A stretch of DNA of 64,000 nucleotides from NCBI GenBank assembly GCA_964016885.1, contig OZ024740.1:410564001-410628000 (forward strand), written 5' to 3'. Positions 52,723-64,000 of the stretch are shown here, piece by piece; the stretch's first letter is position 1, and each line of letters starts with the position of its first letter. Under the pieces are notes generated by a model. It did not search any database. It saw only the letters and a program-made list of their open reading frames with translations, and was not told the DNA's origin. The position numbers and the translations under genes were made by a program. Origin of the DNA: Eledone cirrhosa. Lineage: Eukaryota.

Positions 52723-54249
52723 TACAAACAACTTTTGTCACAAAAATGGTGCATACCAACACATTCATACATACCTGAGTATAAAACACACATACTCAGA
52801 TAACCACACAAACACACACACACACAAATATATATATATATATATATATATAAATATACACATGTGTGTATGTGTATATAAATATGAATATTGTGATTAG
52901 TGTGTATATTTCTATGTGTTGGTGTCAGTATGTAATTACGAAGTAATAATTATAATTATAAGAGACACTTCCCTCAAGGCAAACTGTTTAATTCTTCGTT
53001 TACATCCTAAAATAAATCGAACTTTGATAATTATCTGGAGAATACAGTTAGTGCATATCACACACATACATATACACACTGTTATCTACCGATGTATCTC
53101 TCTATCTAAATATCTCTCACTCATTATCTCTCTCACCCTTTCTCTCTCTCTTTATAAATATATTTCTCCCTCCCCCCCACTCTCTCTGTATATATATATA
53201 TACACATATGTAATATAGGAAGTTGGGAAGTTGAGAAACTTTCACCAACTGAGATTGTCCAACCAATTAGAGCTTAAAATACCTCTAGAAATGTTTATAA
53301 TATTTGAGAGATAACTATAAGATTCTCTTTAGACATCTGGTGAAACCAACAGGCATGTTTCACACTCATATTAGAACTCCTCACCTCTTATTTGGTATGG
53401 TTAAACGTGATGAATGAATGTTATGAGTGTAATATAATGGCGCTTATCAATGTCAACAATAGAGCTATAGTCAAGTTTTTTTATTTGATAAAGTGAGCAA
53501 TAAAATTTCAATTTGACAAATATGTGCATCGCGGCAGGGGCAATATTATTTGCTGATCAATCATTCTGGTAATTGTAGGATACAAATCCAGACATGTTTG
53601 GGAATTGTTAGAAATACATGCTTATGTTCTTATCTTTTACAACATTCTACAGCAAAATAATGATCACTATCTCGGCAAGTGCGATGCGATCTATGTTTCA
53701 CCGAGGAGGTCTAATAATGCCAAAAGATGTCAGAACTGTCTTATCTAACTGCTGGAATAGTTAAAATAATCGAAGCCGTTAACTAATATTGTTTTCCTCA
53801 CTGAATCATTATTTTTCACGAGTTCTTAAATCCTGATGGTATTAAATATTTTAACACTAGCATTATTACATTCTAATAACGTCTGAAATATTTTGTCTTG
53901 TATCGAAAAAACAAACTAAATTTGGGAGGAAAGGAACCTGAATACAGTAAGTGTAAATGTCGACGGAATTGCTAGACAAACGATATCTCTCCGAAGAGCC
54001 CATCTGGGCGAAACATATGTAAGAGCTATATGAAGAACTTGTTTTAATGGCTTGTAACTCCTTCATTTATTTGTTCATTTGCTTATTCCCGCTCTGCTTA
54101 AACTAAACGCTAAATATTAACTTCCTCTAATATTTAACTCTGTTAACCCAAGCATTGAGCACGCCACCATTCGGCTGTTGGCCTTTATTATTCTATATCG
54201 CACCTCTTTGTACCTCTCTATTTCCTCCTCTCCTACGATACACATACCC

Positions 54250-54372
<123 letters not shown>

Positions 54373-54389
54373 TTATCGAATAGAATGGA

Positions 54390-55185
54390 CACAGCTTTAG
54401 TCGTTTTCTGACTCATTCAATAATTTAATTAAGTCTGTATTATTAACATACAAGACTAACCGATTAGAGTGTACACATATACGTTAATCAGTGATGAAAA
54501 TGACATCGTGTGGATAGGAAATTGAAGTTACGTGGGCCGATGCACAAGTTTCTACGATTCTGATCTGCCGGCGTGTCCTCAGTAGGGGATTGCCTCATTG
54601 AAATGGAAAGGTCCGTATGATGAGCTAGTACACCACGCTGATTAACATAAGCAAATATAGTAGTAATCTTCCACTTTCAGTGAAACGTGATGTCACATCA
54701 AAGAGGAGGTAAGCCAGACCTGACGAATTAAAAAGAACGCATACTGGCGTTGATTTAAATAAAAAAAATGATCATGTCAGGGTGCTTTCATAGAGAAAAC
54801 AAAGATATAAATCGAACTAGAATAAACAAAATAAAAAGTTAAATTCAAATGCAGGTTAGTCCATTGGGGTTTAAAAATAATTATGAAACGAAGCTTATAG
54901 ACACAGTTTCGATCGTTTTCTCACTCAATCATTTAATCAAGTCTGTATTATTAAGGTACAAGCCCAACCGATTTGAATGTAAATCAGTGATGAAAACGAC
55001 TTCGTTTAGGTAGGAAATTAGAGATACTCGGACCGATGCACCAGTTTCTACGATTCTGATCTGCCGACGGAAGACCGAATGGAACTTCTATGTGCAGTAA
55101 TTAAGTAATGTTAGTATACATTACGTAAGTTTGCAGGAATCGCGTCATCAGCGGGAGATAGCCTCACCCTGGAATAGGAAGGTCC
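54390..55185. repeat. diverged direct duplication
   Basis: About 54388-54615 matches 54900-55185 (shared ATCAGTGATGAAAA and CCGATGCAC.AGTTTCTACGATTCTGATCTGCCG). Confidence 0.7.
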
Positions 55186-55779
55186 AAATATATATATATA
55201 TATATATAAAATTTAAAGGGTATATACATATAAACTAATCAAAGCCGTAGATAGATAGATATATGTTTTTGGCAAGCATTCACGGTGTGGCTCAATGGCA
55301 AATTAATTAAATAATTAATAATCAGAGCAATATATAAAAAGTAAGTCCATAGAATCATTAGATAAAATATATACAGTATTTCTACTCCCAATCAGCATAA
55401 ATCAACCACACAAAATATCATTTAAACGAGGCTATAAGTTCAAAATATACTTATGAAGAAACAATAGATAAATGATATAGCTTTTTATCCGCGACTCACA
55501 CCTACAGAAAATGTACCTAGTATTTCTGATAGCCTGTATAAATTGACTAGACATATAGTTAACCATACATAATTAGGTACAAAATCAAAGTTAGAAGAAA
55601 AATTCTACATAAACCTACCAAAATCATCAAAATATCTCTACCCCCGGCGGTTTCATTCCATTTTTGGATATATCCGAACTTGGATAAATCAACGAGGTTA
55701 GAAATCATCAGGAGATAACTCAATTGGACAAAGATTTTTCTTACATGATCCCCACCAGAAACGAATTGAAAATGACTAA

Positions 55780-58700
55780 GAATCGTACCTAGATAGGTTC
55801 TTAGTTAGAAATAAGGATAAGGACTTTTTAAGTTGTCCAAAAATGAGCATGGTTGGTTATTCAGACCACAAGTTTGTGAGCTGCATGGTCAACCTTGACA
55901 GAACGCATAGACAGGGACCCGGTTACTGGAAGCTCAACTTGTCCTTACCGGCAAGTAAGGCTTACAGGGACCGGATTAGCACTTTAGTTAAGGAGCGGTG
56001 GACGGGTGCCATCGTCAACAGCAGGTGGTGGGGATCTCTCAAAAGAGAGATTAGAGTAGTCTCTATAGAATTTAGTAAGGAGTTAGCCTCAAATAGAAAT
56101 AGGAAGGAAAGGGAGCTGGTAGATAGTGTAGAAGAGGCAATTAGAAGCGGCGACGTGGCCAGAGTGCTAGCGTCGAGAACGGCCCTGGGCCAGTTCTTCG
56201 ACGCGAAACACGAAGGCTGCATCGTCCGAAGCAAAATACGTGCTGGGAAACGAGGGGACCAAAGCTGTTAGCTGGGCCCGCGTGACAGCAGCCAAAAGAG
56301 GGAGCAGATCCACTATCTGGTCTTTGCGAGACCAGGATGGAGGGGTGATCCTTGAACCTAAGCAGATGTGCGAGGCTTTTCAAAAGCACTTTGCCGGATT
56401 GTTCGGAAGAGTCGGGAGCCGGTTGGGGATGTGGACTTCGGTCCATACCTCGACGTCCTGCCGCGTCTCTCGGACAGGGAGGCGAAGTCCTGCGAGGAGC
56501 CGATTTCAGCCGCGGAGATAGAGGACGTGCTGAGCCAATGCGGCAAACGCAAATCCCCGGGTCTCGATGGTCTTCCATACGAACTGTATCTAGCTATGCC
56601 GGACTTGTTCCCCGATCTCCTCGAGGCGGTCTACTGTAACTGGCGACAGAACGGGAGAATTCCCTGTGCTGTGACCAAGGGCGTAGTCACGCTAGTGAGG
56701 AAGGACGAGAACAAGGGGGACGATATAAATAATTTCAGACCCATAACTCTGCTAAATACAGAGTTACAGATTTTGGACAAGGTGCTAGCAAAGAGGTTGG
56801 CGCTTGTCCTAGGCAACCTGGTGGGAGATGCGCAGACATGTGCTATCCCGTCCAGGTCCATCCACGACAACCTCCACCTCATGCGATACATCATAGAGGG
56901 GGTTGGGAACGAACCCGGCTTTGGTGGGGCCCTGATCAACTTGGATCAATCTAAGGCGTTTGATAGGGTCGACCATGGTTACCTGGATGCGGTGCTAGCG
57001 GCAGCAGGCTTCGGACCCGTTTGTAGGGGCTGGAGCAATGCCATGCACAGCAGCCGCATTTGCTCTAGGGTCAAGGTGAACGGCTACCTCTCGGAGCTGT
57101 TCGAAATCGCGCTGTGCATCCGACAAGGGTGCCCTCTCTCCTCCCGTCTGTATGTAATGACTCTAGAGCCACTGCTGCGGAAGCTGGAGTTGTTGCAGGG
57201 CATCCCGTTGGAACCGGCATTGCGGGAAGCGGTGTCGGCCTACGCCGACGACGTAACAGTAATGGTGTCGACGGCCTCGGAAATCGGGGCGATCGGCACC
57301 TTACTGGAGGAGTACGAAAGGTTTACAGGGCTAAGCTGAACCGGGACAAGTCGATCGGTCTGCAACTCGGCAGGTGGAAGGGCTGATCGACGCCCTCCGA
57401 TGGCGTCGTCAGGCGCTGGACGGAGGGCCCGGTGAAGTTGCTCGGGGTCTGGTTCGGTGGAGAAGAACTGGGGTGAGGTAACGAACAGGGTGTTTGCACT
57501 GACCCAGAAGTGGGCCGAGTGCAAACTGTCCCTGAAAAGTCGGGCGGAGGTGGCGAACACTTATATAGCGTCCGTCATCTACTACCGCCTGACCGTTGTG
57601 CCTTGCCCAAGGGAAACGCTCGCCAAAATGGAGCGCGCACTCTTCCAATTCCTTTGGAAGAAGCGGGCTCCTATGGTGAGGAGATCCATCCGCTGTCAAC
57701 ACCCTTCGAAAGGAGGGCTGGGGATGCCGTGGCTGATGATACGTAAACACGCATTAAGGCTACGACGCCTCCAGGTATTCCTCACCGGTCAACCGGTGTG
57801 GGCCCCGTTTGTGAGGCGAGCCTTTACCAGACTCGTCTCACTCACCGAGCTGCAATCCTGGGTCAAGCAAAGACCGAGAAAACTGGGCGCCTGGCACACC
57901 GAGTGTGCCCAGGCGCTCACGGCTCTCTGGCAGGTGGACCCGGCTGTCAGTGGAGAATCCACCTCGTCATTCTATAGAGGGCTGGTGGTTAGCAGGTGCG
58001 ACGACGCCCTCGGAGAAGCCCTAGGCATGGAGGAAGACGAACTGGCCAACCTGTTTGGTAGGACATTCAGCCCGGGACCCATGGATAACTTCCAGAGGTC
58101 CCTGGCCTGACAGTGCTACCGAGGGGCTCTGCCCGTTCGAGAAAGGCTCTACAGACACGGGCACCCGGGTAGGGACCCCTCGAAAAAGATCTGTCCCAGA
58201 TGCGTTGGCGACAAGGAAACCGTTGCACACGCTTTGGTACACTGCTCGGGCACTGCCGATCTGTGGGGCTATGTCGAACAACTGCTGTCAAGGGTGGGAC
58301 CGATCCGGTTGACCACCGAGTCTATTGTAACGATCAAGCCGCCTCCTCTCTTCAAAAACGAAGGAGAGGCGGTGTTTCTGTGCGTAATAGCCATGGCGAA
58401 AGATGTTGTATGGTGGACGCGTCTGAAAGGACTGAGGTCAGACACCTTTCTCTCTGGCCAACAACTGGTTCGTTTCTTCCGATATCATTTCGGAAGAAGG
58501 ATCAGGATGGCGAGAGAAGTGCTGCACCCCAGCCGTTTTTATGAAAGATGGGTGAAAGTGGCGAGAATGGCCCGTGTGAATGGGCCTTCACTCTACATCA
58601 GACTATAGGTGAGCAAGATGAAAGACCAAGGGAGCACCCCCTCTCTGTGCTCCTGAGGAGAAGGGCTGCACACTTTTTTTCTGGGGTGTGTGCGACCCCC

Positions 58701-58877
58701 CAAGGCGCCTCCTCCCTATTGAGGATTTTGTTATAAAATTTATTTTGTTATATTTTATTTTATTTTTATACTTTTATATCTTGTTATTGCCTCCTCCATA
58801 TTGAGGACGCCTTTGCATGTAAACTCCCCCCTTTGTACTTGTCCGACTTTTGATGCCCTGGTGGCAAATAAAAAGAA
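55780..58877 (+). mobile_element. Tx1/L1-clade LINE, 5'-truncated in APE, ORF2 frameshifted
   Basis: SYLDRFLV..SDHKFV..GPGYWKLN, KSPGLDGLPYE, NFRPITLLN, DQSKAFDRVDH, IRQGCPLS, AYADD, GGLGMP and CPRC..ETVAHALVHC. The 3' UTR ends with AATAAAAA at about 58867, next to TA-rich DNA. Confidence 0.95.
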
Positions 58878-58905
58878 AGTTATCTATGTATATATATATA
58901 TATAT

Positions 58906-59698
<793 letters not shown>

Positions 59699-59822
59699 GC
59701 GATGATCACGTCTGACTTACCAAATATGTGACGGTAGCTAGTTAAGCTCTATGCGTATACGCAGAGCAGAAATATTAGTGAAAAAGAACAAAGGAACTAT
59801 TATGACATTATAACAAGTTTAT

Positions 59823-59869
59823 TGCCGACAGCCGTTTCGTCCGACCCCATGGTGGGACTTATCAAGGCA
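59823..59869 (-). ncRNA. hammerhead with UUGAUAA core
   Basis: TGCC-TTGATAA-GTCC-CACCATGGGGTC-GGAC-GAAAC-GGCT-GTC-GGCA. Confidence 0.6.
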
Positions 59870-60090
59870 TATAACATGTGATTGCAAGATCATTGTTTAC
59901 ATCAACGTATCACTCAAGGCTAGCAGTTTGAAATTGTTGTATACATCAGCAACTCCGCTTTAAGGGGGGCTCTTTTATATTAGTTGTCGGGGTCATATAT
60001 ATATACAAAAGTTTTATTTAAAATTGTTGGGATACAACAAGTAAATATTTTATAACTGATATAAAGCACTCGACAAGTTTTGGGAGTAGA

Positions 60091-62390
60091 TATACGATAT
60101 TAAATAAATTGAAACTATATTTATAAAACCATATTTATTTCTGAATTTGTTTAGCAAGATTCTTTATCTGAAATCGTGTGTTGAAACCGATATTGTTATA
60201 CTTTGGGAGGGTCATGTTGCCAATAAGAAACACACGCACCAGTTGCTTTCACTTCAATTTAATTTAATATATATTTATAAATTTACAAATTTATAAATTT
60301 CTGGTTGGTTGGTTGGTTCCACAACCAGATAGTTGTTTATATATATATAGTCATAGTTCTTTCGTCACACACTCTGTGACCTCTTCAGTGACTGGGGATT
60401 TCTTTCTTCGTTTCTATGCCTTTCCTTTCTTCTATCCTACGCCATTTATTTCATTATACATATTTCGGGGATACCAAATTAAAATATCGTATGCCTTCAT
60501 CAAACAAAATACAATATATAAACAGTTTTATAAATAATTTTGACGTACCCTATTAGAAGCGACCATTACTTTTGGAAGCTGTCTGGATAGTGATATGTTT
60601 ATTAGTTGTAGTGTTAAGCACAGTTAGAAAAAAGACGGAGAGAAAAGAAAAACGGAGATAAAGAAGGAGAGAGAAAAAAGGAGAGAGAGAAAAGGAAGAT
60701 ATATATAAAAATAGATAGGAGGAAATGAAAAAGAAAGAAAAAAGAAAGAAATAAGAAAGACAAAAGAAAGCAACAGAGAGATAATAATTCATCATACAGA
60801 TAGAGAAACTCAAGAGAGAGGAAGTATATAGAGAGGGAAGGATATAGTGACAACTTTACGTCATGTCATATTAAGTTAAATTAACAATTCATATGGAATG
60901 AATAATAAAAATGTAAATATCAATATTCATGAATGAGACATAGATATATAATATGAGAAAATAATATTGTTCAATAATGACCATATGTTTAGTTTAAAAC
61001 CTTGAGGTCAATATACCAAAATCTGAGTTAAAACCTAAAAAAATTACCCTATTTATAAAAATACGGATACACATATGTATATATATATATGTACGTTCTG
61101 AAAAAAGAGAAATTATGTCTACTCCAGTCAATAATATAGACATACAAATCATTTCACTTGATCACTTCTATACATTTCTTGTGTTATAAAAATTTCACAG
61201 TATACATACATAAAAATACGATTAATATTCATGTCCTCACATATATGATTACCGTTATGCATATCTGCACCACACATCAACATATACACACACAACTATA
61301 CATACACAAATATATGTATAAATAAACATCTGCGTGAGTTTTCCAGCATCGTTATGCACATATACAGACATATATACGAACACATAAATAAACTCTATAA
61401 ACCTTTTATATGCATGTTAATACACACAAATGGCCTTTGTATAGAAATAATCAAATATCAATATATTAATACAGAAATATCAAGGCATTAAAATATATTT
61501 AACACACTATAGAGTATCTCAAGTTAAAAACAATATGTTTTATATATTTATTATAGAAATCTATCCTACCTATATCTCAAACAAGATATTGCAAGGGTAG
61601 ACATATGAAAATTATTAGAAGCTATCAGGGTAAAAAAACAAATAAAAAACAAAAATAATTTAAAAGATTTAGAAGACCCAGTGATTCTACGGATGACCTT
61701 ATATTTAGTATAGAAATTTATCTTACGTAAATTTTATTTAATACATTGGGAGCATATACATTTTAGAGTAGTTTATTATATCCTTGTTTATATTTAGGAA
61801 GAAAGTTTAAAAAGAAAAAGGTGAAGGAATCTAATGATTTATCATCAGGTTTCATATATTAACTAAATTTCTTAATTAATTATACTACATTTTAAATTTA
61901 TATTTATATTTAAACGTTGAGTTCAATCTATGACATGACGTAAAGTTGTCACTATATCCTCCCCTCTCTATATAGTACTTCCTCTCTCTTGAGTTTCTCT
62001 ATCTCTCTGTTGCTTTCTTTTGTCTTTCTTATTTCTTTCTTTTTTCTTTTTTTTTCATTTCCTCCTATCTATTTTTATATATATCTTCCTTTTCTCTCTC
62101 TCCTTCTTTTTTCTCTCTCCCTCTATATCTCCGTTTTTCTTTTCTCTCCGTCTTTTTTCTAACTGTGCTTAACACTACAACTAATAAAATAATTATAAAC
62201 ATATCACTATCCAGGCAGCTTCCAAAAGTAATGGTCGCTTCTAATAGGGTACGTCAAAATTATTTATAAAAGTGTTTATATATTGTATTTTGTCTGATGA
62301 AGGCATACCATATTTTAATTTGGTATCCCCGAAATATGTATAATGAAATAAATATGGTTTTATAAATATAGTTTCCATTTATTTAATATC

Positions 62391-62395
<5 letters not shown>
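60091..62395. mobile_element. ~2.3-kb element with ~480-bp inverted arms carrying HHRs; left arm interrupted by another HHR element
   Basis: Left arm 60091-60141 plus 60444-60870, right arm 61929-62395. HHR at 62286-62350(+). The AT-rich spacer has no recognisable ORF. Confidence 0.8.
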
Positions 62396-62427
<32 letters not shown>

Positions 62428-63224
62428 CACTTTCCAAAGGTTTACGAAGTGATATGAATTATTTTGCCGTGAGGAAGTAAAGTTTAACGTTGCGCGCAGT
62501 GCTTCGATACTGTTTAGAATATGTTTAGGTATTTACATATTTTATCTTGTTCCTATAATGTATAAGCTTTATTTGAAACAAAGCTGAAAATATTCAAGTG
62601 AAAAATAGTACGGTTGGCAATATGAAGAGCAACCAACCACAAAAACACGCAGGGGCCCATTAGTAGATGTATTGTTTTATTATGCCACGTTTTTCCATCG
62701 AAATCATTTGAACAGTAAACATATATAAAAATATATATGAAAAGGCAGTTTGGAATGTTATTGTTTCAGTCTTTATAAAACAAAATGATAAATGTTGAGT
62801 AAGCTTGATAGACTAAATTGAAATTTTATCAAATCGGAAAGTAGAATGTTTTATTGTGTTTCCATTTATATTACCTCAGCAAATAATACAGCTATTTCGT
62901 ATGTATTAGACTACGTTTATTTTATTTTGTTATTTATTTCTGTCCTTTAGTAGTTGGTAAACATTTAAAGTATCTACCAGCGTAGAATTGGTAAATACTT
63001 TCAGTATTTTGTGGGAATAGTATTAATCTATATTTATTGAGAATGATATCAATTTGAATGGAGATTGTCGTAAAAAGTTTCTGATGAGATAATCCTGCGA
63101 TAACTAAATGTACATTTCTCTGTAGAGTTCACTGTAAGACATACATACTACAAAGGTTTACAAGCTGTATACTTCATATGGATATTAAAAACAAAAGCAC
63201 CATCCACAAATATTCACACGCACA

Positions 63225-63260
<36 letters not shown>

Positions 63261-63512
63261 CACACACATATATACATATATATTTCGGTAGGGCAGTTAC
63301 AAGCGGAAAGGATAGGGCGGCCGGTATTATCGGGTTTATGTATCTTGGTGAGAAAGTAAATGGTGCGTGCATGTTGGATGCGTACTATAACATTGGTGGC
63401 AATAGGAGAGAGGAGGAGATGAGTTGGCGAATGGTAGAGGACACGAGCTGTTAGTAGCCTAGGGTGGGTGTCAGAGAGAAAAGGGCCGGTAAAATGTATA
63501 TATATATATATA

Positions 63513-63937
63513 TAGGAAAAAGTATGACCCGACGGCAGAGCTCAAGCCGTTTCGACGGCTATTTCTGGACTATATATATATAATAAAATAAAACAAGGAC
63601 GAATAGTTACTCCTTCATTACGTTTATTGGTTGGTGACGGGCGTTTCGCCACCGATCTGCTCAAGGTTCGATCTTTATCTATCTAGCCCGACTCTGTAAT
63701 CAACGCGCATCACCAACCAATAAACGTAATGCAGTAACCACTCGTCCTTATTTTATTTTATTTTACTACACTCTGTCTAGATCTAGACATTGACACAGAA
63801 GTGAACCTAACATCGAGTGCTCACCCGGGTGAACCTACAGAAACTCCGCGTTACACTCCTTGGATATATATATATATAGTCCAGAAATAGCCGTCGAAAC
63901 GGCTTGAGCTCTGTCGTCGGGGTCATACTTTTTCCTA
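63513..63937. repeat. fold-back HHR element with a second fold-back element nested at its apex
   Basis: Outer arms 63513-63572 and 63877-63937. Inner element 63582-63864 has arms about 63582-63637 and 63710-63761 and is flanked by short (TA)n. Confidence 0.85.
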
Positions 63938-64000
63938 TATATATATATATATATATATATAAATTCGAGCTGATTCCATTGTAAAAGAATTCATTACCTT

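Overview
AT-rich eukaryotic (animal) genomic DNA. It is probably from an octopod cephalopod, inferred from the recurrent SINE family, the CR1-type LINE tail and the very abundant (TA)n/(CA)n microsatellites. No host protein-coding gene could be identified, and most of the ORF track is microsatellite noise. The window is a mosaic of decayed transposons: a 5'-truncated CR1-group LINE, a Tx1/L1-clade LINE, two R4/Dong-like RLE LINE fragments, RTE pieces, a mariner remnant, MITEs, a non-autonomous Helitron, SINEs and several Penelope-like elements (PLEs; RT + GIY-YIG). The most striking signal is a dense population of short non-coding elements sitting in or beside (TA)n tracts. They fall into at least 10 sequence-unrelated families, and each carries a minimal type-I hammerhead ribozyme (HHR) motif read by eye, some with non-canonical cores. 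Many occur as fold-back palindromes, and in several the apex is the ribozyme's own stem II. One family forms a tandem plus inverted ~0.5-kb array with an HHR per full unit (retrozyme-like). Split elements also indicate a ~7.4-kb inversion (about 39.1-46.5 kb), and a large polypyrimidine expansion lies inside a PLE terminal repeat. All ribozyme folds and clade assignments are manual and untested.
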